Positions 1 through 13,166 of a stretch of 64,000 nt of DNA are shown here, one piece after another. The notes beneath the pieces were generated by a model. The model made no database searches, was not told the DNA's origin, and worked only from the letters and a program-made list of their open reading frames with translations. Each line of letters opens with the position of its first letter. Position 1 is the first letter of the stretch. The DNA is from Squalus acanthias (lineage: Eukaryota): the NCBI GenBank assembly GCA_030390025.1, contig CM059431.1:148182001-148246000 (forward strand), in the 5' to 3' direction. The translations under genes were made by a program, and so were the position numbers.

Positions 1-1960
1 TGCAGCCACTTGTTGTAAGACCCTGGTGCAGGCCATCTGGTCCAGGGGACTTGTCGTCTTTTAGTCCCATTATTTTACTGAGTGTGATAGTGATGTTCTT
101 CAGTTTCCCACTCCCTGTGGCCCCTTGATTATCCATTATTGGGATGTTGTTGGTGTATTCTACAGTGAAGGCAGATGCAATATATTTGTTCAGAGTCTCT
201 GCCATTTCACCGTTCCCCATTATTAATTCCCCAGTCTCATCCTCTAAGGGACCAACGTTTATTTTAGCTACCCTCTTCCTTTTTATATACCTGTAGAAGC
301 TCTTACTAACCGGTTAAATGATTCTTGCCTGCTTACTCTCATAATTCATCTTCTCTCTCTTTATTATTTTTTAAGTCATCCTTTGCTGGTTTTTAAAAAT
401 GTCCCAATCCTCTGGTCTCCTACCAATCTTGGCAACATTGTATGCCTTCATTTTGAATTTGATACCATCCTTTACTTCCTTAGTTAGCTACGGATGGTGC
501 TCCCTTCTGTTAAAATCTTTCTTTCTCCCTGGAATATATTTTTCTTTAGAGTTATGAAATATCACCTTAAATGTCCGCCACTGCATTTCAACTTTCTTAC
601 CCTGTAATTTGTTTTTCCAGTCCACTTTAGCCAGTTCTGCCCTCATGCCATTATAATTGACTTTGTTTAAGATCAGGACATTTGTTTGGGATACAACTTT
701 CTCACCCTGCAACTGAATTTGAAATTCATCCATGCTGTGATCACTCTTTCCTAGATGATCCTTTACTATGAGATCATTTATAAATTCTCTCGCATTACAT
801 AGTACCAGATCCAAGATAGCCTGCTCCCTGGTTGGTTCCATTACATACTGTTCTAGGAAAACATCCCGGATGCACTCTAATAACTCCTCCTCCAGGCTAC
901 CATGGCCAATTTGATGTGTCCAATCAATATGGAGATTAAAATCACCCATGATTATTACCGTACCACTTTTTTACAGGCCTCCATTATTTGTTGATTTATA
1001 CTCTGTCCAACAGCATTGCTACTGTTCGGGGGCCTTCAGACTACGCCCACCCCAGAGACTTTTTCCCCTTGTTATGTTTTACATCCACCCAAACCGATTC
1101 TACATCTTGGTCTTCTGAGCCAATATCACTTCTCACCAATTCACTGATCCCATCTTTTACCAACAATACCACCCCACCTCCCTTTCCTTTCTTTCTATCC
1201 TTCCGAATTATCATATACCCTGGAATATTCAGTTCCAAGCCCTGGTGGTCCTGCAACCATGTCTGTGTAATGGCAATCAGATCATACCCATGTGTATCTA
1301 TTTGTGCCGTCAACTCATTTATCTTGTTACGAATGCTGCGTGCATTCAGATATAGAGCTTTTATCTTTGTCTTTTTACCATTTTTCCTTGTTTTGGCCTT
1401 TTTTTCTGTTACACTCTTATTCTTAATCATTCAGTCCCTTCCTGTCATATTCTGGTTATTATTTCACCCGTCTCCAGCCTGCTCTATTGCTTTCTCATTT
1501 CTCATTGACATTTAATTTTCCTGCTCAAATGTATCCTCCCCAGTCCGGCCCCCACTATGTATTTTAAAGTCCTCTCTACAGCCTTAGTTTTTCGATTTGC
1601 CAGGACACTAGCCCCAGCATAATGCCAGTGAAGCCCGTCCAAACGGAATAGCTCCCTCTTATCCCAGTACTGGTGCCAGCGCCCCACAAATCGAAACCCA
1701 TTTCTCCCACACCAGTCTTTGAGCCACTCGTTCATTTATCTGATCTTATTTACCCGATGCAAATTCGCTCGAGGCTCAGGTAGTAATCCAGAGATTATTA
1801 CCTTTGTGGTTCTTCTTTTTAATTTAACCCCTCGCTGCTCATACTATCTCAGCAGAACCTCTTTCTTTGTCCTACCTATGTCATTGGTACCTCCGTGGAC
1901 CATGACAACTGGATCTTCCCCCTCCCACTCCAAGTTTCTCTCCAGCCCAGAGGAGATGTC
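1..1960 (-). mobile_element. Decayed CR1-clade LINE (older family): ORF1 esterase C-terminus, APE endonuclease and start of RT; runs off the window edge
   Basis: Fragmented minus-strand ORFs with LYLNARSIRNK, GDFNLHIDW, PTREQAILDLVL, SDH and RLDGLH motifs. Paralogous to 50810-52740 and 26580-28560. Confidence 0.9.
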
Positions 1961-1964
1961 ATAA

Positions 1965-2190
1965 CCTTGCTTATGATGTTTTATGAATGGTCATAATGAT
2001 TTATAAAGGGTTATGATGTTTTATTAATGGACATAATGATTTATAAAGGGTTGTAATGATTTATTAGCGGTCATTATGAGTTAGAAAGGTTTATATGTTT
2101 TGTTAATGGTCGTAATCATTTACAAAAGGTTATGGTGTTTAGTTAATAGCCATAATGATTTATAAAGTGTTATGATGTTTTGTTAATGGT
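1965..2190. repeat. AT-rich ~40-bp minisatellite (TTATGATGTTTTATTAATGGTCATAATGATTTATAAAGGG)
   Basis: About 5 degenerate tandem units. The same repeat occurs at 26400-26580, 32775-32910, 34795-34840, 47215-47255, 48165-48300 and 52750-52935. Confidence 0.85.
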
Positions 2191-2565
2191 CATTAATGCT
2201 CGCCCACGCTGCCCGCCCGTTCTCAGGGTAACCAGGCCTCCCGCTGCTGCCGCCACTCCGCGGCCTCGCTTCTGGGAAGGGGAAACCTCACTGGTGGCAA
2301 TCGACCCAGGGGGAAGCCCCCGATAGAGAGAGAGAGAGAGAGAGCGACAGACGCCATCTTTGTGCGGGGCGCCATTGCCGCCATCTTTGAACGGGGCCGG
2401 TCCCGCTTTTTTGCTCATTGAGCGGCGCCGCCATCATTGTCTAGGACAGGGTTGCCGCCATCTTAGTGCGGGCGGGAGTTCCGCTGCTTTAGGTTGCGCG
2501 TTTGGGGTCGGCCATCTTTGTCTAGGGCACTGCTGCCTTTCCAGAGGGGCCTGACAGATGGCCGC
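2190..2565. promoter_or_regulatory. GC/CpG-rich element with clustered YY1-like motifs (GCCGCCATCTT), copy 1
   Basis: Several CGCCATCTT/GCCATCTTTG motifs within ~200 bp. Paralogues at 26020-26400 (reverse) and 52940-53330. Confidence 0.5.
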
Positions 2566-2879
2566 GCCCAACGATCACTGCCCCCCCTCTCTCAGTGATG
2601 TCCCTCCCTGGGATGCTCAGCTCCAGGCTCTCTGTTGGATCAGTCTCGAGATATCAATTCCTGCTTCTGTCGTCCCAGTGTATTTAAATTAATCCACTTT
2701 CTTCCTGGAACAACTCTACTGTCCTTCCAACAAGTGGCTTTTGTTTGGCTGGCAACAGCTCAGCTCTGTGCTGTTAGTGGAGATAAAAAATCTGGTACCA
2801 CACTTAGTAATATCTGTCAAATGATCAGCAACAGCTCAAAGGGCCCACAGCGCACAGAATTTTACAGAACTAAGAGGGA

Positions 2880-5800
2880 AACACATCTCCCTCTGTCTAT
2901 AATCTGTTTCTCACTCCGTGATTGTCTGCTATCATCGATCTCCCCTCTGTCTCTGTCACACCCTCTCTCTCCCTGTCTATATCTAATAATATCACATCGC
3001 TCTATCTCCATCGATCTCTCCTCTGTCTCTGTCACTCCCTCTCTCTCCCTATCTATATCTAATTATATCACATCGCTCTCTCTCCATCGATCTCTCATCT
3101 ATGTCTGTCACCCCCTTTCTCTCTCCCATCTATATATCATAAGCTCCTCTCTATCTCCAACGTTCTCATCTCTATCTCCGTCACCACTCTCTCCCGATCG
3201 ATATGTAAAAATCTCTCGTCTGGCTCTCTCAATCTATCTCTCCTCTCTATTTCTGTGTCTCAGTCTCGACCTCAATCTCGGTCTTTGTCTCAATCACTCT
3301 CTCTCAGTCTCTCACAGTCTCTCTCTGTCACTCTCTGCCATTTTCTGTCTCTTTCAAACTCTCTGTCTCACTCTATCTCCGCCTCTCTCACTCACTCTCT
3401 GCCATTCTCAATCACTCTCTGTCTCTCTCACTCTATCTCCGTCTTTCTCACTCACTCTCTGCCATTCTCAATCACTCTCTGTCTCTCTCACTCTATCTCC
3501 GTCTTTCTCACTCACTCTCTGCCATTCTTACTCACTCTCTGTCTCTCTCACTCTATCTCCGTCTTTCTCACTCACTCTCTGCCATTCTTACTCACTCTCT
3601 GTCTCTCTCACTAACTCTATATGTCTCTCACTCAGGCTTTGTCTCTCTCACTCACTCTCTGTCTCTATCACTCACTCTCTGTCTCTCTCATTCACTCTCT
3701 GTCCCAGTCACACTCTGCCTCTCTCACTCACTCTTTTCCTCTCTAACACACTCACTGCCTATCTCACTCACTCTCTGTCTCTGTCAATCACTCTCCGCTT
3801 CTCTCATTCATACTCTGTCACTCTCTCTCAATCTCTGTCACTCTCAATCACTCACTGTCTCTATTACTCACTCTCTGCCTCTCTCATTCACTCTCTGTCC
3901 CACTCACTCTCTGCTTCTCTCACTCACTCTCTGCCTCTCTCACTCAATCTCTGTCTCTCTCACTCCCTCTCTGTTCTCTCAATCACTGTCTCTATTACTC
4001 ACTCTCTGCCTCTCTCATTCACTCTCTGTCCCACTCACTCTCTGCCTCTCTCACTCACTCTCTGCCTCTCTCACTCTATTTTGCCTCTCTCACTCACTCT
4101 CTGCCACTCTCACTCACTCTCTGTCTCACTCACTCGCTCTCTACCTCTCTCACTCAATCTCTGTCTCGCTCAGTCTCAGCTTATCTCACTCACTCTCTGC
4201 CTCTCTCACACACTGTCCTTCTCTTTCACTCACTCTTTTTCTCGCTCACGCACTCTCGGTCGCTTTCATGCACTCTCTTTCACTGTCACTCACTCTCTGT
4301 CTCTCTCACTGACTCTCTGCCTCTCCCACACACTGTCGTTCTCTTTCACTCACTCTCTGTCTCGCTCACGCACTCTCGGTCGCTTTCATGCAATCTCTTT
4401 CACTATCACTCATTCTCTGTCTCTCTCACTCACTCTCTACCTCCCTCACAAACTCTCTGTCTCTCGCACACACTGTCGTTCTCTTTCACTCACTCTCTGT
4501 CTCGCACACGCACTCTCTGTCTCGCTCTCGCATTCTCTTTCACTATCACTCACTCTCTGTCTCTCTCACTCAATCGCTGCCTCTCTCCCTCACTCTCTGT
4601 CTCTGTCACTCACTCTCCGTCTCGCTCTCTGTCTCTGTTGGTCTGTTTCACAGCCCTAAGTATCTGTTTATCACTCTCTCTCTGTCTTTATTTGTCTCTG
4701 CCTCTCACACTTTCACTGTTGTCTCCCTCTCTCTGCCTCTCTAGCTCTCACTGTCTCTCCCTCTCACTGTCTCTCTTTCTCACTGTCTCTCTCTCTCACT
4801 GTCTCGCTCTGCCACTCTCTCTTTCAGCCTGGCTCTCCCGCTGCCTTTCTCTCTGCGCCTCTCTCACTCGCTCACTGTCTCTATCACTCACTCTCTTTCT
4901 CTCTCATTCACTGTCTGTCCCACTCACTGTCTGCCTTTCTCACGCACTCTCTGTCTATCTCACTCACTCTCTACCACGCTCACTCACACTCATACTCTCA
5001 CTCACTCTCTGTCTCTCTCACTCACTCTCTACCACGCTCACTCACACTCATACTCTCACACACTCTCTGTCTCTCTCACACTCTCTTTCTCTCACATTCA
5101 CCATCTGTCCCACTCACTCTCTGCCTCTCTCACTCACTCTCTGACTCTCTCACTCACTCTCTGACTCTCTCACTCATTATTTTCCTCTCTAACTAACTCA
5201 CTGCCTATCTCACTCACTCTCTGCCTCTCTCACTCGCTCTTTGCCTCTCTCACTCACTCTCTGTCTCTCTCAATCACTCTCTGTTTCTCTCACTCGCTCT
5301 CTGTCTCTCTCACTCAATCTCTGTCTCGCTTATTCTCTGCCTGTCTCACTTAATCACTGTCTCTCTCACTCAATCTCTGTCTCGCTCATTCTCTGCCTTT
5401 CTCACTTAATCACTGTCTCTCTCACTCAATCTCTGTCTCTCTCACGCACTCTCTTACTCTCTCAATCAATCTCTGTCTCTCTCACTCATTCTTGCTCTCT
5501 CACTCACTTTCTGCCTCTCTCACTCAATCTCTGTCTCTCTCACTCAATCTCTGTCTCTCTCACGCACTCTCTTACTCTCTCAATCAATCTCAGTCCCTCT
5601 CACTTATTTTAGCTCTCTTACTCACTCTCTGTCTCTCTCACTCAATCTCTGTCTCGCTCACTCTCTGCCTGTCTCACTTAATCTCTGTCTCTCTCACTTA
5701 ATGTCTGTCTCTCTCACGCACTCTCTTACTCTCTCAATCAATCTCTGTCTCTCTCACTCATTCTAGCTCTCTCACTCACTGTCTGTCTCTCTCAATCACA

Positions 5801-8800
5801 CTCTGTCTCTCTCACTCACTCTCTGTGTCTCTCACTCAATCTCTGTCTCGCTCACTCAATCTCTGTCTCTCTCACGCATTCTCTTACTCTCTCAATCAAT
5901 CTCTGTCTCTCTCACTCATTCTAGCTCTCTCACTCACTCTCTGTCTCTCTCACTCAATCTCTGTCTCGCTCACTCTCTGCCTGTCTGACTTAATCTCTGT
6001 CTCTCTCACTTAATGTCTGTCTCTCTCACGCACTCTCTTACTCTCTCAATCAATCTCTGTCTCTCTCACTCATTCTAGCTCTCTCACTCACTGTCTGTCT
6101 CTCTCAATCACACTCTGTCACTCTCACTCACTCTCTGTGTCTCTCACTCAATCTCTGTCTCGCTCACTCAATCTCTGTCTCTCTCACGCATTCTCTTACT
6201 ATCTCAATCAATCTCTGTCTCTCTCACTCATTCTATCTCTCTCACTCACTCTGTGTCTCTCTCACTCACTCTCTGTCTCTCTCACTGAATCTCTGTCTCG
6301 CTCACTCTCTGCCTGTATCACTTAATCTCTGTCTCTCTCACTCAATTTCTGTCTCTCTCACGCACTCTTTTACTCTGTCAATCAATCTATGTCTCTCTCA
6401 CTCATTCTAGCTCTCTCACTCACTCTCTGTCTCTCTCACTCAATCTCTGTCTCGCTCACTCTCTGCCTGTCTCACTTAATCTCTGTCGCTCTCACGCACT
6501 TTCTTACTCTCTCAATCAATCTCTGTCTCTCTCACTCATTCTAGCTCTCTCACTCACTCTCTGTCTCTCTCACTCACACTCTGTCTCTCTCACTCAATCT
6601 CTGTCTCGCTCACTCTCTGCCTGTATCACTTAATCTCTGTCTCTCTCACTCAATCTCTGTCTCTCTCATGCACTCTCTTACTCTGTCAATCAATCTCTGT
6701 CTCTCTCACTCATTTTAGCTCTCTCACTCACTCTCTGTCTCTCTCACTCACTCTCTGTCTCTCTCACTCACTCTCAACACTCACACTCACTGTCTGTCGC
6801 TCTCACACACTGTCGTTCTCTTCCACACACTCTCTGTCTCGCTCACGCACTCTTGGTCTCTCTCCGTGCCTCTCTCACTCTCTCTTTGCCACTCTCACAC
6901 ACTCTCTGTCTCTCACACTCACTCTCTGTCTCTCTCACCCACTCTCTGCCTCTCTCACCCACTCTCGGTCTCTCTCACAAACGGTCCTTCTCTTTCACTC
7001 ACTCTGTCTCTCTATCTCTCTCACGCATTCTGTCTCTCTCAAGCAATCACTGCCTCTCTCACTCAATCTCTGCCACTCTCACTCACTCTCTGTCTTTTTT
7101 ACTCACTCTCTGCCTCTCTCACTCACTCTCAGTCTCTCTTACTCAATCTCTGCCTCTCTCACTCACTCTCTGTCTCTCTAACTCAATCTCTGCCTCACTA
7201 ACTCACTCTCTGTCTCTCTCTCACTGTCTCTCATTTTATCTATCTCGCTGTCTCTCTCTCTGCCTCTATCACTCACTTTCTGCCTCTCTCACTAGCTCTC
7301 TGCATCTCTCACTCAATCTCTGCCTCTCTCACTCAATCTATGTCTCTCTCAATTACTCTCTGTCTCTCTCACTCACTCTCTGTCTCTCTAACTCAATCTC
7401 TGTCTCTCTCACTCACTCACTGTCTCTCTCTTACTCTCTGTATCCATCATTCACTCTGTTTCTCTCATTCACTCACTGTCTCTCTCACTCACGCACTGTC
7501 TCTCTCACTCACTCTCTGTCTCTATTACTCACCCTTAGTCTCTCTCATTCACTCTCTGTCCCACTCACTCTCTGCCTCTTTCACTCACTCTTCGCCTCTC
7601 TCACTCACTCTCTGCCTATCTCACTCCCTCGCTGTCTCTCTCACACACTCTCATAGAAACATAGAAACATAGAAAATAGGTACAGGAGTAGACCATTCGG
7701 TCCTTCGAGCCTGCACCGCCATTCAATGCGTTCATGGCTGAACATGCTACCTCAGTACCCCATTCCTGCGTTCTCGCCATACCCCTTGATCCCCCTAGTT
7801 GTGAGTGTTATATCTAACTCCCTTTTGAATATATTTAGCGAACTGGCCTCAACAACCTTCTGTGGAAGAGAATTCCATAGATTCACCACTCTCTGGGTGA
7901 ATAAGTTCCTCCTCAGCTCAGTCTTAAATGGCTTCCCCTTAATCCTTAGACTGTGACCCCTGGTTCTAGTTTTCCCTAACATTGGGAACATTCTGCCCGC
8001 ATCTAATTTGTCTAAACCAGTCAGGATTTTAAATGTCTCTATAAGATCCCCCCTCATTCTTCTGAACTCCAGAGGATACAAGTTCAGTTGACCCAATCTT
8101 TCTTGATATGTCAGTCCGGCCATCCCAGGAATCAATCTAGTGAACCTTCGCTGCACTCCCTCAATAGCAAGAATGTCCTTCCTTAAGTTAGGAGACCAAA
8201 ACTGCGCACAATACTCCAGGTTTTGGCCTCACCAAGGCCCTGTACAACTGCAGCATCACCTCCCTACACCTTCACTCACTCTCTGTCTCGCTCATGATCT
8301 CTCGGTGTCTTTCATGCAGTCTCTTTCACTATCACTCACTCTCTGTTTCTTTCACGCAATCTCTGTCTCTCTCACTCATTTTCTGTCTCTCTCACTCACT
8401 CTCAACCACTCTCACTCACTCTCTGTCTCTCTCACACACTGTCGTTCTCTTTCACTCACTCTCTGTCACGCTCACTACTCTCAGTCTCTCTCACACACTC
8501 TCTTGCATTATCACTCACTCTCTGTGTCTCTCACTCAATCTCTGCCACTCTCCCTCACTCTCTGTCTCTGTCACTCACTCTCTGTCTCTCTCTCTCTATC
8601 TCTGTTGGTCTGTTTCACAGCCCAAAGTCTCTGGTTATCACTCTGTCTCTTTATTTTTCTCACTCTTTCCCGTTTGTCTCTCTCTATCTGTCTCCCTCTC
8701 TGTCTCTGTCTCACTCGCTCTGTCTCTCCCTCTCTCTCACACTTTCTCTCTCTCTCACTTTCTCCCTTTCTCACTGTCTCTCTATCTCTCACTGTGTCTC

Positions 8801-9165
8801 CCTGTATCACTCTCTGTGACTCTCTCTCTCTGCCTCTCTCTCTCTTTCTTCCTCTCTCTCACGCTGCCTCTTTCTGTGCATCCCTCACTCTCGCTTTGCC
8901 TCTCTCACTCAATCTCTGCCTCTCTCACTCACTCTCTGCCTATCTCACTCACTCTCTTCCTCTCTCACCCGCTCTTACTCTCTCACTCAATCCGTCTCTC
9001 GAACTCAATCTCTGTCTCTCTCACTAATTCTCTGCCTCTCGCACTCATTCTCTGTCTCTGTCACTCAATCTCTGTCTCACTCACTCAATCTCTGTCTCTC
9101 TCACTCATTCTGTCTCTCTCATTCACTCTCTGAGTCTCTCACGCACTCTCAGTCTCTCTTACTCA
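2880..9165. repeat. Long CT/CACT-rich low-complexity polypyrimidine tract with internal 60-bp and ~312-bp duplications
   Basis: (CTCTCTCACTCA)-like sequence. Near-identical 60-bp lines at 3361-3610 and repeated blocks 312 bp apart (5825 vs 6137). Confidence 0.95.
7653..8255 (-). mobile_element. 5'-truncated CR1 LINE 3' fragment inserted in the CT tract
   Basis: ORF 7752-8156 QRRFTRLIPG...RGDLIE...TRGHSL...FTQRVVNLWNSLP; (TTTCTATG)n tail at ~7653-7675. Confidence 0.92.
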
Positions 9166-9169
9166 CAGC

Positions 9170-10605
9170 CCCATCTACTCTAACCCCACCCAGTCCCTTC
9201 CACTGTAACCCCGCCCAGCCCCACCCACTCTAACCCCGCCCAGCCACTCCCACTCTAACCCCACCCAGTCCCTTCCTCTCTAATCCCTCCCAGCCCCTTC
9301 CACTCTAACCCCACTCAGCCCCTTCCACTCTAACCCAACCCAGTCCGTTCCACTGTAACCCCACCCAGCCCCTCCCACTCTAACCCCACCCAGCCCCTTC
9401 CACTCTAACCCCACCCAGCCCCTCCCACACTAACCCACCCAGCCCCTTCCACTCTAACCAAACACCGCCCCTTTCACTTTAAACAACACCCAGCCCCTCC
9501 AACTGTTACCAACCCAGCCCCTCCCAGTCTAACCCCACCCAACCCCTAACACTCTAACCCCGACCAGCCACTTCCACACTAACCCCGCCCAGCCCCTTTC
9601 AGCTCTAACCCCGCCCAGCCCATTCCACTATAACTCCGCCCAGCCTCACCCACTCTAACCCCACCCAGCAGCTTCCACTAGAACCCCGACCAGCCACTTC
9701 CACTCTAACCCCGCCCAGCCCCTTTCAGCTCTAACCCCGCCCAGCCCATTCCACTCTAACCCCACCCAGCCCATTCCACTATAACCCCGCCCAGCCCATT
9801 CCACTATAACCCCGCCCAGCCCATTCCACTATAACCCCGCCCAGCCCATTCCACTATAACCCCGCCCAGCCCCTCCCACTCTAACCCCACCCAGCCCCTT
9901 CCACTCTAACCCCGCCCAGCCCCTTCCACTCTAACCCCACCCAGCCCCTCCCACTCTAACGCTGCCCGGCCCCTTCCACTTTAACCCACCCAGCCCCTCC
10001 CAATCTAACTCCACCCAGCCCCTTCCACTCTATCCCCACCCAGCCACTCCCACTCTAACCCCGCCCAGCCCCTTCCACTTTAACCCACCCAGCCCGTCAC
10101 GCTCTCACCCCACCCAGCCCATTCAACGTTTCCCCCACCCAGCCACCCCCACTGTCCCACACCCAGCCCCTCCCATTCAAACACTATGCAAACCCTCCCA
10201 ATTTCCCCAACCAGCCCCTCCCACTCTCCCCCACCCAGCCCCTCCCACTCTAACGCTGCCCAGCCCCTTCCACTTTAACCCACCCAGCCCCTCCCAATCT
10301 AACTCCACCCAGCCCCTTCCACTCTATCCCCACCCAGCCACTCCCACTCTAACCCCGCCCAGCCCCTTCCACTTTAACCCACCCAGACCGTCACACTCAC
10401 ACCCCACCCAGCCCATTCAACGTTTCCCCCACCCAGCCACCCCCACTGTCCCACACCCAGCCCCTCCCATTCAAACACTTTGCAAACCCTCCCAATCTCC
10501 CCACCAAGGCCCTCCCACGCTCCCCCGCCCCTCCCACTCTCCCCCTCTCAGCCCCACCCACTTTTTCCCCACACTCAGCTCCTCCCACTCTCCCACACCC
10601 TGCCC
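9170..10605. repeat. ~25-bp C-rich minisatellite (CCACTCTAACCCCACCCAGCCCCTT) containing the telomeric hexamer TAACCC
   Basis: Dozens of tandem units. A more degenerate reverse-complement counterpart lies at 62815-64000. Confidence 0.9.
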
Positions 10606-11219
10606 ACACATGCTCTGACCCTCGTCAGTTAAGTTTCCAGGTCTTGAGCCATTATATCTGCACGGTCACTACAGCGGATTTAAAGTTAATCACTCTGATC
10701 CTCCACAGGGAATGATGTCGCTGGAACTACAGGTCTAAACAAACCTTCTACAGCAACAACCTTCTGAGTGTCAGCTGGCTAGCGATATTTCCATTGTTAA
10801 CACTCATTCACAAAGTAAACCGGTTTCGATATTCTTGCTGACCACAATCACTCCTAGATAGATCAGCCAGTTAGTCACAGTTAGTGTAGTTCCCGTCCCT
10901 TCACTTAAACTTATTGTGCAGCCTCCTGCCCCAAACTTCCCAGTTCACAACCTGATTGTGAGGTCTGATCTAACTGTGATGCGCAGTGTGAGGGTGAGGA
11001 AGGCTCTTTGATCTCACGGTTTGACCCGTCCAGCTAAAGGGGCCTCACTTTAATGAAACAATGTTTGGCAAAACCCTTGGGCTTCACTGAGGTTGCAGAT
11101 CCTTGATGTGCTAGAATACAACAAGAGGTTTCCATATGGCTACGACCCAGAGAAGAGGGTGTGTGGGTGATGTGCAGTGATGGGATTGTTTGCCTTCTTC
11201 CACTGATGTTAAGTAGTTG

Positions 11220-12075
11220 TCTACATTTACAGAAACAGGAGGAGGCCATTCAGCCCCTCCAGCCCGTTCCCAATTGAATTACATCATGACTGATCTGTAT
11301 CTTAACTCTGTATCCCTTAATAACCTGCCGAACATAAATCTATCACTCTAAGTTTTGAAATTTTCAATTAAGCCCCAGCTTCAACAGCATTTTAGAGGGA
11401 GACGGTTGCAAATTTCCACGACCCTTTGTTTAAAGAAGTGCTGCCTGGCATTACCCTTGAATTGCCGAGCTCTTTATTTAAGTTTATGTCCCCTTGTTCT
11501 GGACTCCCTCACCAGAGGAGATAGTTTCTCTATCTGACATATCAACTCCTTCAATTATCTTAAAAACCTCCAATAGATCACCCTTTATTTCCCTTCTATA
11601 TTCGAGATGATACAAGCCTAGTTCGTGCAATCTGTCCACATCATTTAACCCTCTAAGCCGTGGTATCATTCTGCCAAATCTATGCTGCACCCGCTCCGAT
11701 ACCAAAATATTCTTGCTGAGGTGAAGTGTCCAGAATTGAACGCAATACTCCAGATGGGGAGTAACCAGAGAGCAAAGAACTGTAAGGTAACTGCCAACCC
11801 TTTGTATTCCAGTCCCCTTGAAGTGAAGGCGAACATTTCATTCGCTTTTTAAATTATTATCTTATACCTCATCTCCTCTTTCCTGCACTATCCCCATATC
11901 CCTTTGATTCCCTTAATATTCAAAAATCTATCGATCTCTGTCTTGAATATACTCAACGACTGAGCCTCCACAGCCCTCTGGGGTAGAGAATTCCAAAGAT
12001 TCACCACCCTCTGAATGAAGAAATGTCTCCTCATCTCAGTCCTAAATGGCCGATCCCTTATTCTGAGACGGTGAC
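11220..12075 (-). mobile_element. Two adjacent decayed CR1-type 3' fragments
   Basis: ERVQHRFGRMIP...GDLLEVFKI (11484-11705) and RPFRTEMRRHFFIQRVVNLWNSLP (11888-12075). Mirrored at 61235-62190. Confidence 0.8.
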
Positions 12076-13046
12076 TCCCAAGTCTGTCTCTTTCTGTGTC
12101 TCCTGCTTTTGTCTCTCTCTCTCTTTCTCTGTCTTCCCCGCCTGTCGCCCCCACCTTGATCACCGTCTCTCTCTCATCCGTAGCCGAGCTGTCTGTCTCC
12201 CTGTCAGTCGGTCTCTCTCTTTGTCGCCCCATCTGTCTATCCTTCTCTGTGTCTACCCATCTGTCTCCCCGTCTGAATCACACTGTCTGTCTTTTTATCT
12301 GTCTCTCGCGTTTGTCTCTTTCTCTCTCTCCGTCTTCCCCGTCTGTCTCCCCTTCTCCCCGTTTGTCTCGCTCTCTGTCTGCCCCGCTGGTGTAACCCCA
12401 TCTATCTTCATCAATGTCTCTCCCTCCGTCCTTCAACCATCCCGGGTCTGTCTCTCGTACTTTCTGTCTCTCCCTCTGTGTCGTCTCCCCGTCTGTTCTC
12501 TATCTGTCTCTCCGCTATCTGTCTGCCCCATCTGTCTCTCTCTGTGTCACCCCGTCTGTCTCCCCCTCATCAGTCAACCCTGCTGGTCTGTCTTTCCTTC
12601 TCCCCCCCGCCCCCCCGCACCGTCTGTTTCCCCGTCTGTATAGCTCTAACGGTCTCAACCTGATCTGATCTCTTTCTTTCTTTCTTTCTCCCCGTCTGTC
12701 CCTCCTATCTCTCACGCTTTGTCTCCCTCCCGGCTGTCTTCCCTTCTGCCTCCTCCTGTCTGTCTCCCCCATCTGTCTCTCTCTGTTTCACACACATCTG
12801 TCTCCTCCCCATCTCTCTCCCCCTGTCTCTCTCTTACTCTCTGACGCCCTCACCGGTCCTCATCGTCTCCCTCCACCCCGTCAGTTTCCCCTGGTCTCTC
12901 TCTCTATCTCCACAGTCTGTCTCTCTCTCTCTCTCTCTCTCTGTCTTCACTATCTGTCACTTTTCCTCAGTCTTCACAGTCTGTCTCTCCACCAGCTGTC
13001 TCTCTCTGTCTCCCCCATTCTGTGTACTCCCTTTATCTCCATCAAT

Positions 13047-13166
13047 TGGCGGGGACGGGATACTGAATTGGAGGATCAGCCATGATCTCATTAAATAGTG
13101 GAGCAGGCTCGAAGGGCTGGATGGCCTACTCCTGCTCCTATCTTCTATGTATCTATGTATCTATGT
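13047..13166 (+). mobile_element. 120-bp 3'-tail-only insertion of the young CR1 family
   Basis: Matches the 3' end of the 16963-21861 element, ends in (CTATGTAT)n, is flanked by AAT/AAT and is absent at the paralogous site (~60255). Confidence 0.9.

Noticed and set aside
2635..9133. Long Ser/Leu/His/Cys-rich ORFs (e.g. 674 aa at 2635-4659)
   Set aside because: Translation of CT-rich low-complexity DNA that lacks stop codons; no domain, and open in several frames.
9170..10605. True telomere or interstitial (TTAGGG)n array
   Set aside because: TAACCC occurs once per 25-bp unit and never as tandem hexamers.
11034..11249. 71-aa ORF conserved in both arms (also 62175-62390; likewise 23381-23569 and 55158-55349)
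   Set aside because: The conservation is explained by the segmental duplication; the ORFs begin in repeat or intronic antisense sequence and show no recognisable domain.
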